From a virus (Duplodnaviria > Heunggongvirae > Uroviricota > Caudoviricetes), in IMG/VR virus record IMGVR_UViG_2627853910_000005: a stretch of DNA of 39,175 bases; one strand, 5' to 3'. Below the pieces are notes generated by a model. It made no database searches and was not told where the DNA came from. It worked only from the letters and a program-made list of their open reading frames with translations. Positions within the stretch are counted from its first letter, which is position 1; every line of letters begins with the position of its first letter. The translations under genes and the position numbers were made by a program. Of this stretch, positions 20,198 through 30,676 are shown piece by piece.

Positions 20198-20240
20198 AAT
20201 GTTACCGTAATATGTGAGTATCCATCGACTAGACACTAAG

Positions 20241-20262
20241 CAAAAAAGCTCCCGAAGGAGCC
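20241..20262 (-). terminator. Rho-independent terminator of cspI
   Basis: On the minus strand: GGCTCC-TTCG-GGAGC followed by TTTTTTG. Confidence 0.5.
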
Positions 20263-20468
20263 TTCATTTTCACTTTCTTAAATCTAACGACAGATGGCTA
20301 ACATTTAAGTATTGTGAAATATTATCAAATGTAATCATCATTGATTTACAAAAGATACATTTTGCCCCGAAAGGATTTCTGTCAGAAACATCAAAAGATG
20401 ATGTTCTATACTGAGAACCATGGCAACACGGGCATCTAAAGTGAATATGGTTTGTAATATTTTCTACC

Positions 20469-20684
20469 TCAAAGTGCCACTACATGAACAGCTGCAGGGC
20501 CTTTAGGTCCGTTCTCAATACCAAATTCGACTTCCTGATTCTCAGTTAACGTTTTGAAATCGTTGCTCTGAATAGCTGAGAAATGCACAAACACATCTTT
20601 GCTACCATCTTTCGGCGTGATGAAACCAAAACCTTTTTCAGGGTTAAACCATTTCACTAAACCAGTCATTTTGTTAAACATCAT
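20469..20684 (-). CDS. cspI: Cold shock protein (CspA family)
   Basis: [34 protein letters not shown] contains the RNP1/RNP2 cold-shock-domain motifs. About 70 aa. Long upstream leader, typical of csp genes. Confidence 0.85.
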   Translation of the reverse strand: MMFNKMTGLVKWFNPEKGFGFITPKDGSKDVFVHFSAIQSNDFKTLTENQEVEFGIENGPKGPAAVHVVAL

Positions 20685-21044
20685 TATTACCTTTTGAAGA
20701 AGTTAGCCCTTGGGCAGAATGGTCCGAAAAAAAATATCAGAGAGAAAAACCAACAAGGAAATCTCAAGAGGTACAAATAATAAAATTATAACAATGACTG
20801 CTTCAGATAATTTTGTAACAAACCAGAACACCATTAACGCATGATTAACCAACCATAGCAAGGATTACTTTTGTAAAGAAAAACACACGAATGAAACAAT
20901 AGCTTTATTTATTAATAAAACGTGTCATTCTGTCTAATGACCTTTTATCTTACCCTTAAGATTTCAAGGATTTTGACTCATGGAAGAGTCCTTTTTATTT
21001 AAATTTCACATTCAGCGCTAAAAATAATCCGATTTAATATTAAT

Positions 21045-22072
<1,028 letters not shown>

Positions 22073-22185
22073 GGATATTTATCAGGATTTATCGGCTTCA
22101 AATCCCCGGATATGTTAAATCTTACCTCACCAGTGATGGGCACTGGCGGGAGGAGGATGTCAATCTGATAAACACAGAGGTGACT

Positions 22186-22446
22186 ATGGATTACACAAAT
22201 CTACCAAAACAAACTTTTGCTGATTTAATCGCACTCAGGCAAGCAGTCGTAGCTCTAATCAACTTGTTGCCGGAGAAGGAAAAGGAATTAGTTAAAGCGC
22301 TTCTTAACAGAACTGCCGCCGATTTTTCATCATATCCACTGACAGATGACCTTGCGGACCTTCCTGAATTAATTGCAGCGTCCGCCATTAAGCTTACTGA
22401 AGAGATTTACCCTCCTCAAAAATCTTCACAAAATTCCTGCGAGTAA
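22186..22446 (+). CDS. Hypothetical protein (86 aa) antisense within the lysis cassette
   Basis: ATG at 22186 with GAGG 5 nt upstream. Convergent with, and overlapping the 3' end of, the DUF1327-like gene. No domain recognised. Confidence 0.3.
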   Translation: MDYTNLPKQTFADLIALRQAVVALINLLPEKEKELVKALLNRTAADFSSYPLTDDLADLPELIAASAIKLTEEIYPPQKSSQNSCE

Positions 22447-22945
22447 CTTCAATGCAATAATCGTAAAACGCCGCAAACTGCTCATCGCGGCGTTTTTTTT
22501 CATCTTCAGAAGGGATCAGCACCGACAATTTTTTATTCAGATCAGCGACGCTGCCCTCCAGTTTTTCAATGGGCGATTCAATATCATCTTTTTCTGACCG
22601 CAATGCCGTCGGTGGCGTCTTCAGAGAACCAGTAATTCTTCCCGGTAGCTTTCCTTTGTAGGTTATCCACACATTCTGCGCCTCTAAAATTATGGGGCGC
22701 TTTTCCGGCGACTGCTCATCCCCTACACATAACCCGGCAGCAACATCCAGGAATACCTGTCTGATTCTCATTCTGGCTGCTGCCTCATAAAACTCCAGCG
22801 CGGCACCTTCAACACGGTCCAGCGAGATGTCCAGGTCAAAAATTTCACCGTCAAAGCGTTTTTTGTCCCGTAAGGCTACAGTTACCGCCACTTTATTCTC
22901 AAAATTGCGGACTCCTTTCACAACCAGTTCATAGTCTTGTGTCAT
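22394..22945 (-). CDS. DUF1327 (YdfR-like) family protein with extended C-terminus
   Basis: The N-terminal ~80 aa (MTQDYELVVKGVRNFENKVAVTVALRDKKRFDGEIFDLD...) resemble my recollection of Qin YdfR; the C-terminal ~100 aa are extra. Sits between holin and endolysin. Confidence 0.5.
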   Translation of the reverse strand: MTQDYELVVKGVRNFENKVAVTVALRDKKRFDGEIFDLDISLDRVEGAALEFYEAAARMRIRQVFLDVAAGLCVGDEQSPEKRPIILEAQNVWITYKGKLPGRITGSLKTPPTALRSEKDDIESPIEKLEGSVADLNKKLSVLIPSEDEKKRRDEQFAAFYDYCIEVTRRNFVKIFEEGKSLQ

Positions 22946-22949
22946 TGGA

Positions 22950-23165
22950 TTACTCTCTTCTCGCAACCTTACGCCTGTCTTCTTTAATCTTGAAATAAAG
23001 GTTTGTCAGATACGTCAGCAGGCCAAAAACCAGACTACCCAGCACACCGATTGCAGCCCACTGTGACGGAGTTACTTTATCGAGTAACTGCAATGCCCAG
23101 AAACCAGCATTACCAGCCGATGTGCCATAGGCGATACCTGTTGTTAACTTATCCATTGATTTCAT
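22950..23165 (-). CDS. Class II holin (phage 21 S-type pinholin)
   Basis: 71 aa; [66 protein letters not shown] closely resembles S21. Two TM helices and a charged C-terminus. Confidence 0.85.
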   Translation of the reverse strand: MKSMDKLTTGIAYGTSAGNAGFWALQLLDKVTPSQWAAIGVLGSLVFGLLTYLTNLYFKIKEDRRKVARRE

Positions 23166-23383
23166 ATCCTCACCCCGATGTACACAGATGGTGCAATATG
23201 TTTGAAAAGATCGGAGTCTATGGGTTAGTTTTTATAGCAAACGTTGTTCTCAACGGCGCTAAAAAACAGACACATTAAAAATGTGGGTAATTATTTTAAA
23301 AGAAAATCATATATTAAATAATAATACGAGATATGTTTTCATATTTAGTGTACTGTATACGGCCATTTATACAGGAAAAGCCT

Positions 23384-23554
23384 ATGTCAGAACGTAAAGA
23401 CTCAAAATCACGCCGTAATTATCTCGTTAAATGTTCCTGCCCAAACTGCACCCAAGAGTCAGAACACAGTTTTTCAAGAGTACAAAAAGGTGCCCTTTTG
23501 ATCTGCCCTCATTGCAACAAAGTATTCCAGACAAATCTTAAAGCTGTAGCTTGA
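23384..23554 (+). CDS. Small zinc-ribbon protein (56 aa)
   Basis: ATG with SD AGGAAAAG. Two Cys pairs (CSCPNC ... CPHC). Followed by a terminator. Confidence 0.45.
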   Translation: MSERKDSKSRRNYLVKCSCPNCTQESEHSFSRVQKGALLICPHCNKVFQTNLKAVA

Positions 23555-23613
23555 TTGATTTTATTCGTAACAAGTATTTTTTATATTTTAATAACATATT
23601 TAAAGCAGATAAT

Positions 23614-23637
23614 AAAAAACCCGCCTGAGCGGGTTTA
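23614..23637. terminator. Bidirectional rho-independent terminator
   Basis: AACCCGC-CTGA-GCGGGTT stem flanked by an A-run upstream and T-rich sequence downstream. Confidence 0.5.
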
Positions 23638-23917
23638 ATATTGTGGTACTTTTTGTGGGAGTCATCCACTTACGCACTTTGTTTTGCTATGCCAGCAGTT
23701 AGCTTCTGCTGTAAAACTATTCATGCAGCAAACCTGCACTTCACCACAATGGTTAGCATACTTTTCCTGATTAAGTTATTGCCAAATATGCTGGCCATTG
23801 TTTCATGTATTGGACCTCCTTACTATTTATTAAAGAGATCCAATATTCACCACTCTGTCTGTATCTCCACTCAGGCATCAGCCTTCTTCGTTATCGTATA
23901 CAGACAAACTATGAATT

Positions 23918-24133
23918 TTAATCAGTAATTATGACATTTGCTGCTGCAGGACCTTTAGCACCACTCTCTACAGAGAAGGTAACCTTTTGACCTTCAAACA
24001 AGGTTCGAAAATTATCATTCTGAATCGCAGAAAAATGCACAAACACATCTTTACTACCATCAACAGGAGAAATAAAGCCAAAACCTTTATCAGCGTTAAA
24101 CCATTTTACTAAACCAGTCATTTTATTTGACAT
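23918..24133 (-). CDS. cspB: Cold shock protein (CspA family)
   Basis: [38 protein letters not shown]... is a canonical cold-shock domain. Divergent from cspF, as in Qin. Confidence 0.85.
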   Translation of the reverse strand: MSNKMTGLVKWFNADKGFGFISPVDGSKDVFVHFSAIQNDNFRTLFEGQKVTFSVESGAKGPAAANVIITD

Positions 24134-24433
24134 TCTACATTCCTTAACTTGAGCCTTTCGGCATAAATGGCTTGTATAACAGAAACGACTTCGTACTTAA
24201 TTGGAGAGACTCAAAGAAGGAATAAGTGAATAACACCTGAAATGAGAACTGCTTTAGTAAACTACTTCGTATATCGTCTGTTCTTCAAACCGACGCAATC
24301 ATTAACGCATAGTTGAACATATGAAGCAATGTTTATTTTAGACATCCAGCCATCTTCAACCCCATCAAAAAACTATAGCTTTCTTCAGGAACGTGTGTAT
24401 AGTGCGCCCAGTTATCAGTATTAAGGAATTTTT

Positions 24434-24646
24434 TTGTCCCGTAAAATGACAGGAATTGTCAAAACCTTTGACGGCAAAAGCGGCAAGGGTCTTATCACCC
24501 CATCCGATGGTCGTATCGATGTCCAGCTTCATGTTTCAGCGCTCAATCTCCGCGATGCAGAAGAAATTACCACCGGATTACGCGTGGAATTTTGCCGGAT
24601 AAATGGTCTGCGTGGCCCTTCAGCTGCCAATGTTTACCTTTCATGA
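24434..24646 (+). CDS. cspF: Cold shock protein paralogue (CspF/CspH-like)
   Basis: [38 protein letters not shown]... is a divergent cold-shock domain. Apparent TTG start with SD TAAGGAA 5 nt upstream. Confidence 0.8.
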
Positions 24647-24700
24647 GCTATATTAAAGCTTTAATTTCAGGCCCCATCGAATCAAACATGGAGAGTTTTC

Positions 24701-24790
24701 ATGAATAACCCCGTCTGTCTTGATGACTGGTTGATTGGCTTTAAAAGCTTATGCTGTACTTTGACCGTAATAGCTCTGCTAATAATGTAA
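24701..24790 (+). CDS. Candidate small hydrophobic peptide (29 aa)
   Basis: ATG preceded by GGAGAG at 6 nt spacing. Product [29 protein letters not shown] has a single hydrophobic helix. Lies 55 nt downstream of cspF. Confidence 0.25.
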   Translation: MNNPVCLDDWLIGFKSLCCTLTVIALLIM

Positions 24791-24931
24791 TATGCAGACT
24801 CATTGTATCTAGGGACATAGTACTGGAAGAAAACATTTTAAACATCAGGCAAAGTCACCCGATAAATAATAAGTAAATAAACATGAATCCCGGAATGAGA
24901 TTCAACATCTCTATTACCCTATCTAAAGCAC

Positions 24932-24957
24932 AAAAACCCGCTCATCAGCGGGTTTTC
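24932..24957. terminator. Bidirectional terminator (cspF 3' end / candidate tR')
   Basis: AACCCGC-TCATCA-GCGGGTT stem with T-rich runs on both strands. On the minus strand it lies about 40-60 nt downstream of the candidate late promoter. Confidence 0.5.
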
Positions 24958-25001
24958 TACTTTTTCTTAACGTCGGGTATATAAAGCCCATCGTTGAAAA
25001 A

Positions 25002-25030
25002 ATTTTATCCATATTTTTTGAAAAATGCAA
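25002..25030 (-). promoter_or_regulatory. Candidate Q-dependent late promoter (pR'-like)
   Basis: On the minus strand: TTGCAT (25030-25025), 17-bp spacer, TAAAAT (25007-25002), immediately downstream of the Q gene stop. Confidence 0.5.
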
Positions 25031-25061
25031 GCATTACGTCGCCATCTTCGGCGAAAATCAT

Positions 25062-25814
25062 TTATCTCGTCACTTTTCTTAATTGCACCTCAGCATATGC
25101 TTCTTCCTGCCAGCACTTTGTAACCAGTTTATCAATGACATCTGCATATCCTTTGTACCACTGATAATCAGTCAGGTCTGGTACCAGCTTCTGGACATGA
25201 CACCGCGCCAGTGTCGTTGGTAAACGACTAAACCGGTTTCCATTGCAACGCCCACAAATCTTATAAACAGGCGCGCCATGAAGCCGGGTCCTTTTTTCAT
25301 CCAGGACAATACCTTTACCCTTACACCCTCTGCACGCTGTGCTGACTTCTCCCTTACCATGACAATGCTGACATAGTTCCTTCACCCACTCTTCCTTGAT
25401 AACAGACTCCCCGCTTCTGGAGTATTTCACCACTTCGCGCAATACATTATGAAATCCAGTACCAGCACAAGGCTCACAGCGAGCCTTACTTGCCGCAGAC
25501 CTGGAATAATCAGCAAAGGCAAAACTCACAAGGTAAGGGATGATCTGTAACCGGATTTCTTCACTCAATTTGTTCAATGTCGGGTTATCCAGTGCCATCG
25601 CGTAATTGAGCAGACCTTCAATCGCAAACTGAGGATCCTGAACGCCAGCTTTTGCCAGGAATAAGGCAAACCCAAGCGGTGCTTTCGACTGCACCATCCC
25701 CTGCGCAGCCATCACATCCGTAATCGTTAAACCACCTGAGCCTGTCGCCGGTGCGGCATCACTCAATTTTGGAGATTTTGGGGAGTAATATTTTGGTAAG
25801 GCTTCAAGGTTCAT
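25062..25814 (-). CDS. Q: Late gene antiterminator Q (phage 82 / Qin type)
   Basis: 250 aa from the internal ATG. Cys-rich zinc-binding region (CEPCAGTG...CQHCHGKG...CRGCKGKG). Sits upstream of the late promoter and lysis genes. Confidence 0.8.
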   Translation of the reverse strand: MNLEALPKYYSPKSPKLSDAAPATGSGGLTITDVMAAQGMVQSKAPLGFALFLAKAGVQDPQFAIEGLLNYAMALDNPTLNKLSEEIRLQIIPYLVSFAFADYSRSAASKARCEPCAGTGFHNVLREVVKYSRSGESVIKEEWVKELCQHCHGKGEVSTACRGCKGKGIVLDEKRTRLHGAPVYKICGRCNGNRFSRLPTTLARCHVQKLVPDLTDYQWYKGYADVIDKLVTKCWQEEAYAEVQLRKVTR

Positions 25815-25827
25815 GCTCGTTCTCCAC

Positions 25828-26823
25828 TTACGCCAGTACGCCAATTGCCAGCGCACGATCGATAAAACGAAATATCAGCTCCAGTTGGGAGCCATACTTC
25901 TCTTCAAATGTCACGGTATCCGCATGCAGCTCGTCGTGATGCTTTCTGCACAAAGGCAACACAAAGAGATCATGCGCTTTTGTACCCATTCCACCCTGAC
26001 CGTGGCCTATCAGGTGGTGGGAATCATCAGCTGGCTTTCCACAACATGCGCACGGCTGCGTCTTAACCCAGCGCGTGTACTTTTCATTAACCCAGCGGCG
26101 ACGTTTGGGGCGTAACATAAAAGACTCCGGCGACTCCGGATCCACTTTCAGCGCCAGCACCTTTTTCGCTTTATCCTGGATGATGCTGGTGGCAGGAACC
26201 GAAGGCACAAGGTCACTTTCCCGGGTGACAGATGGCACAACAGGCTTCGGTAATCTCAGTGCCTTACGGGCTGCACTTTCCGGTAAGGCATCCGCCAAAT
26301 CATTACGAACCAGCCACCAGCACAGTTCCGGCATTGTCACAACGTGACTGTCATCAAAACCGAGATCCCGACGCACGACAGACAACACCCAGCGGGCACA
26401 GTTATCCGTTGCCATTGATTCCAGCCGTTCCGTGAACTGGTCACGCAGCTGGTTATCGCAGTGCCAGCACAGACGAATTGCTCCCGGAGCGTGCCGCATT
26501 GTGGTCATGTTCTCGCTGTGCCAGTCGGAATGAGGCCACTGACAGCCCTTTTCACGAAGTAACCAGCTTTCAAGACATTCCACGCCACCAGCACGACGGA
26601 TCACTGCCTCATTGCGGAACACGGCCCGAACGGCAGGATCATCCGCCAGCGGTTGTGATGCCGCCGGAACGGCACCACTGGCGAAAGATGAATAACGTTC
26701 CGGCTCAGGCTCCAGCAGGACACGCCCCTGCATAAACAGGGGCATCAGCTCTGAACCTGGCCTGAACAATACAATCCCCATACGCGGGGCAATTTCAGGG
26801 GTCAGTAGTGCTCTCACGGTCAC
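25828..26823 (-). CDS. DUF968-family protein with C-terminal HNH nuclease motif (YdfU-like)
   Basis: C-terminal CACCGKPADDSHHLIGHGQGG...HDLFVLPLCRKHHDELH is an HNH-type zinc finger. Sits between Q and the nin-like genes. Confidence 0.7.
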   Translation of the reverse strand: MTVRALLTPEIAPRMGIVLFRPGSELMPLFMQGRVLLEPEPERYSSFASGAVPAASQPLADDPAVRAVFRNEAVIRRAGGVECLESWLLREKGCQWPHSDWHSENMTTMRHAPGAIRLCWHCDNQLRDQFTERLESMATDNCARWVLSVVRRDLGFDDSHVVTMPELCWWLVRNDLADALPESAARKALRLPKPVVPSVTRESDLVPSVPATSIIQDKAKKVLALKVDPESPESFMLRPKRRRWVNEKYTRWVKTQPCACCGKPADDSHHLIGHGQGGMGTKAHDLFVLPLCRKHHDELHADTVTFEEKYGSQLELIFRFIDRALAIGVLA

Positions 26824-26824
26824 C

Positions 26825-27634
26825 TCAATGAACGGTATCGAGCAGCTTTAACAGCTCAGGGAATCGGGATTCGAAGAAATGCGGCTGCGTCTCGCGCGGA
26901 TTTGCAGGACTGGTGATGTTCTTGCCGAACATGCAGCCTTTCGCCGTCAGCGACCAGAATTTTTTGATGTTGTTAATCGCGGTACGGCTGTATCGTTCGC
27001 GTTGTTCAACGATCCCCAGCGTCACCATCTGGTGATATGCCTGATTAGCCGTCAGGCGGATACCATACTGCCTCAGCAGTGCACTCAGCGACAGCGTGGG
27101 GCGACTTGAGCCATCGTGTGCATCAGCAGGAGCATCAATGGCATAGCGCGGTGCCAGATTCGGTAAGCCAACAGCCTCCTGGAGTTTCTGGCAGGCACCA
27201 AGCACTGAAGAGTTAGACAGGTTTAATTCCCGGCGCATAAAGTCCAGCAGAATCACACCAGCCTGCATCTTGTCAGCAGCCTGTCCGGATAATTTTTCCG
27301 GTGCGCTGGTTACCATGTCGAAAGTACGGATCACCTTCAGATGGAATGACGGGCTGATCCACATTGCATAGGCATACACCAGTTCTTTGCAGACATACGT
27401 TCCCCGTTCATTTCCCCCATGAATCACACTCACCGGGTCAACACCCAAATTCTGGGTGTTGGTCAATTCATGAACAAGTTCAACAGTTTGTTGGCTGGAA
27501 AGAAACTTTCCTGGCTCCTTGGTTCTGGCATTTGCACCAGATGCTACTGCTGCGCGATGCAGATCGTTCAGGCTGTAACGCCCATAAGCATCACGACGAA
27601 CTTCAATACCATCAATGACCATCAGATTATTCAT
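26825..27634 (-). CDS. KilA-N domain protein (antirepressor-like)
   Basis: N-terminal MVIDGIEVRRDAYGRYSLNDLHRAA...GTYVCKELVYAYAMWISPSFHLKV matches the KilA-N signature. ATG with SD AGGAG. Confidence 0.7.
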   Translation of the reverse strand: MNNLMVIDGIEVRRDAYGRYSLNDLHRAAVASGANARTKEPGKFLSSQQTVELVHELTNTQNLGVDPVSVIHGGNERGTYVCKELVYAYAMWISPSFHLKVIRTFDMVTSAPEKLSGQAADKMQAGVILLDFMRRELNLSNSSVLGACQKLQEAVGLPNLAPRYAIDAPADAHDGSSRPTLSLSALLRQYGIRLTANQAYHQMVTLGIVEQRERYSRTAINNIKKFWSLTAKGCMFGKNITSPANPRETQPHFFESRFPELLKLLDTVH

Positions 27635-27653
27635 ACTTCGTTTCTCCTCTTGA

Positions 27654-28043
27654 TCAGGCGGCTGCACCCGCCGTTTTCTCGTACTTACTGATAGTGATCT
27701 CGACCTTCCCTTCCGGGATAACCGGTCCCCACTCCACCAGCATTCTTTTCACCTGACTGTCGTCTTCCCACACACCCGCGTGGGTCAGGGCGTCAAACAG
27801 CGCCTTGTTATAGTTGTCCAGATCGCGGATCCGGTTATCCGGAGGAAACAACACAATCTCCACTGAAGCAGGTGCCGACGTTGGTTTTGGCAGACGACGT
27901 AACTGCTCAACTATTGCTGCACACGCCGCGCTCTGGAATTTGCGCCCCGCCGCGCTTATCAGGCTCTTACCAGCAAACGCCCCTTTGTTGGGGTGTCGCC
28001 AGTACGTGTTCACGCTGGGCGGAAAAGGCAGGATCAGCTTCAT
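27654..28043 (-). CDS. rusA: Holliday junction resolvase RusA
   Basis: 129 aa; MKLILPFPPSVNTYW...RIRDLDNYNKALFDALTHAGVWEDDSQV is a RusA signature. Confidence 0.85.
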   Translation of the reverse strand: MKLILPFPPSVNTYWRHPNKGAFAGKSLISAAGRKFQSAACAAIVEQLRRLPKPTSAPASVEIVLFPPDNRIRDLDNYNKALFDALTHAGVWEDDSQVKRMLVEWGPVIPEGKVEITISKYEKTAGAAA

Positions 28044-28693
28044 GCCACCATCTCCCTGACCAGTTTTTCTGCCTGCTGGCGAACCTGCGCCAGAAAGGCC
28101 TCACCACATGCCTCAAGTTCATCGCGCCCGATGTAGCTGATTGCCGGTCCCTTCCAGGTCTTGTCAAAAACAGCAATAGCACCAGCGAAGAAAGCGCCTG
28201 TCGGCACCTGCTTCTCATCTTTCGGGATAAACCAGGCAGGCAGTTCAAAACCAATACGCCCGCGAATAAAAGCAATATGGTCCGCATCTTCCGGCCACCA
28301 CACTTCGCTGGTGGCAGCTTTGATCAGGAAAACATAGCGCCCGCCCTTATCACGCATGGCACTGGCATGTTTCATGATGTAACGCATGCCGGTGATGTAT
28401 TGCCCCTCATGCTGACTGGCGCGACTGTATGGGGGATTGCCAAAGGCAGCACCTTTAAGCTCCGCAAGGCGTTCTGACCAGTCATGCGCCAGCGCGTTGT
28501 CTTCCGCCGTGTAATACGCGGCACATTTGGCGTTATCACCGTCAGTGAACAGATCCAGAACAAACGGGCCAAACAAGGTGTTAATTCCCCAGAAAATGCT
28601 GTCCGGCGTGCGCCACTGATCGCCCACCTCCTTCAGTTCATGGGATGGTTTGTTCCGCAGCTCCACCAGCGCCTGACAATATTTATTACTCAT
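28040..28693 (-). CDS. Phage N6-adenine DNA methyltransferase (Dam-like)
   Basis: 217 aa with an FGNPPYS catalytic motif (NPPY). Stop overlaps the rusA start. Confidence 0.8.
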   Translation of the reverse strand: MSNKYCQALVELRNKPSHELKEVGDQWRTPDSIFWGINTLFGPFVLDLFTDGDNAKCAAYYTAEDNALAHDWSERLAELKGAAFGNPPYSRASQHEGQYITGMRYIMKHASAMRDKGGRYVFLIKAATSEVWWPEDADHIAFIRGRIGFELPAWFIPKDEKQVPTGAFFAGAIAVFDKTWKGPAISYIGRDELEACGEAFLAQVRQQAEKLVREMVA

Positions 28694-28787
28694 TAAGCCC
28701 CCACGTAAAAAGCATCCGCAATGTCTCCGGAAGTACACCCCGGATGGGCTTCAATGAATTTCTGAACTTCATTCAAAAGACTCATGA

Positions 28788-29780
28788 TCACCCCCTGAAT
28801 CCTGCCGGGATCTGGCTGTAGTCCACGTTGTCGTAACTGGCTTTGAAGTACGGATCTTCGCGTTTTTCTGTGTACGTGCTGACGGACGGCGATAAGCGCA
28901 GGGAAAGCTCATCCCATTTTTCCCGCAGCTTCGACGGGCTGAGCACGTTACGGCACCAGAACGGATCGCGGCTGACGCGGCTGTACATCTCGCAGATTTG
29001 TTTGTGAGTACGCCCATCCTGTACACACATCAGGCGAATTTCGTTTGCCCAGGCTGTCCAGTTCGGTTCTTTAGGACGTACCACTTCGCCGTCACATTCG
29101 GCGGCCTGCTCGTACAGAGCGATGATTTTTTTCCAGAGCCACTGTGCGCAGGTCAAATCATCCTGCGTTCCCCACTGGCGCTTTTTAGGGCTGAATACAA
29201 CCGCATCAGGATGGCGAGTTAAAAAATCCTGTTCAGCCATCTGCGTGTCCGGTTGCGAAGCGTCCGGACGAGAAGAGGTTTTATTCTCTGTAGTAATCTC
29301 TGTTGTATTCTCTGTAAGATCATTGGGCCATTTTGACCCGATGACAGCGTGTCGTTTTGAACCAATGGATCGTGTCATTTTGCGCTCATCCATCAGGTCA
29401 CTTTGACCCGATGGAGAAGTGCATTTTGACCTGATGGATTCGTTCACTTTGACCTCTTCTAAAAGCTCACTTTCATAGTTGATCGTGTAGAAGTTGGTCA
29501 TGTCACGCTTCGATTTATTGAGTTGCTCGCGACGCAAAACCCCAAGTGATTTCAGGCTTGCAAATGTGCGTTTCAGAGTGGACTCTGACCAGAACGGAAA
29601 CTGCTCCAGCCACTGTTCTGTCGTGTTATAAACCCAGCGAATTCCGCCATGCTCAGTGCCTGAATTCGTTTCATTCAGCCAGTAATGAAGCTGCTGCAAC
29701 ACAATTGCCTCATTCAGACCAATACGGCATGCAAGATCACGATTTATCACAATGGGCTGGGATGTCATTAACAGGCTCAT
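28788..29780 (-). CDS. Replication initiator (lambda O-like N-terminal domain) carrying the origin
   Basis: N-terminal winged-helix region (IVINRDLACRIGLNEAIVLQQLHYWLNE...). A Thr/Glu-rich linker is encoded by the iteron block; C-terminal domain of unknown type. SD AGAGGT upstream. Confidence 0.7.
   Translation of the reverse strand: MSLLMTSQPIVINRDLACRIGLNEAIVLQQLHYWLNETNSGTEHGGIRWVYNTTEQWLEQFPFWSESTLKRTFASLKSLGVLRREQLNKSKRDMTNFYTINYESELLEEVKVNESIRSKCTSPSGQSDLMDERKMTRSIGSKRHAVIGSKWPNDLTENTTEITTENKTSSRPDASQPDTQMAEQDFLTRHPDAVVFSPKKRQWGTQDDLTCAQWLWKKIIALYEQAAECDGEVVRPKEPNWTAWANEIRLMCVQDGRTHKQICEMYSRVSRDPFWCRNVLSPSKLREKWDELSLRLSPSVSTYTEKREDPYFKASYDNVDYSQIPAGFRG
29285..29459. repeat. Candidate origin of replication: iterons plus short periodic repeats inside the initiator gene
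   Basis: Six direct repeats of consensus yCAyTTTGACCyGATGG at about 23-bp spacing (starts near 29329, 29353, 29377, 29399, 29422, 29445), adjacent to three 12-bp TCTCTG-containing repeats (29285, 29297, 29309). Confidence 0.6.
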
Positions 29781-29789
29781 GACCGACCT

Positions 29790-30128
29790 CTATTTCCCTG
29801 AATTTACGACGAAACTGTTCGAGCGGACTGAAGCATTCATGTTCATAGCCTTCACGGAGGTAGATAACCCGTTGTGTTTCCGGCTCCCAACGAATGACTC
29901 TGACGGGCACTCCGTAGTGATCTTTGAACCAGCGGTTAACTTGTCGCAAAGGACTGTCTCCTTCTGCCGGTTGAAATCACCCACAGCCCACTCTGCAAAG
30001 CTGTGGGTTACAATTTCCCTATCACCTGGTACATTCACTGCATAGCAATACTCCACCTTCGCTTTTCCACCCGGTACAGGAAGCGCAATCAGTTGCGAAC
30101 GACGGTAGTGTGTTGTTAAACTGTTCAT
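29790..30128 (-). CDS. Hypothetical protein (112 aa)
   Basis: ATG overlaps the stop of the upstream 183-aa gene (ATGA). The C-terminal half overlaps a protein-like ORF in another frame (29737-29949), so the true product is uncertain. Confidence 0.4.
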   Translation of the reverse strand: MNSLTTHYRRSQLIALPVPGGKAKVEYCYAVNVPGDREIVTHSFAEWAVGDFNRQKETVLCDKLTAGSKITTECPSESFVGSRKHNGLSTSVKAMNMNASVRSNSFVVNSGK

Positions 30129-30676
30129 GCGTTAGTTTCTCCACAGACACAAAACGCCACGACGCCCGGAGCTGCACACTCGCGGGCGTCACTCTTTTCT
30201 GGAACGCAGAAAATTTTGTAGACCAGTGCCGCATGTTCCTGGAGCTTCGAAATCGACAGATACAACTCATCATTAATTGCTGTCTGCTCATGTGGCTCCA
30301 CTACCCCGTCTTCGATTGCCGAACGAATCTGCTTTGAGTAACTCCCGATCTGTTCAATAACTTCCAGTAGACGTTGGTTGATATCAGCGTTCTCTACTTC
30401 CTCAATTTCTGGAAGTGATACAAACACCCCACCAGCAGACTGTGCGACAGCATCCGCAATGTAGTGAGTGCCAGCAGCACGCTGTAAAATCATTGCCCAT
30501 CCCAGCGGGAAAATCTGATCGCCATCTGCACGAAGGCGGTTGAATAAAGCGTTCTCTGTTACATCCAGCCACTCAGCAGCTTCAGCGTACCCCCCCGGCA
30601 ACGCCGCGATAGTTTTTCTGACAGCTTTCACGTACCACTCAGGCTGTTTTTCCACTTTCCAGTGATGATTACCCAC
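30125..30676 (-). CDS. Hypothetical protein in the cII position (possibly YdaT-like)
   Basis: 183 aa. GTG start with a strong SD (AGGAGGT). Immediately follows the Cro-like gene. The family assignment is a guess from position. Confidence 0.45.
   Translation of the reverse strand: MGNHHWKVEKQPEWYVKAVRKTIAALPGGYAEAAEWLDVTENALFNRLRADGDQIFPLGWAMILQRAAGTHYIADAVAQSAGGVFVSLPEIEEVENADINQRLLEVIEQIGSYSKQIRSAIEDGVVEPHEQTAINDELYLSISKLQEHAALVYKIFCVPEKSDARECAAPGVVAFCVCGETNA

Noticed and set aside
23641-23928. 95-aa plus-strand ORF downstream of cspB
   Set aside because: Lies in the cspB 3' region on the opposite strand with no RBS; the hydrophobic, low-complexity product is probably an AT-rich artefact.
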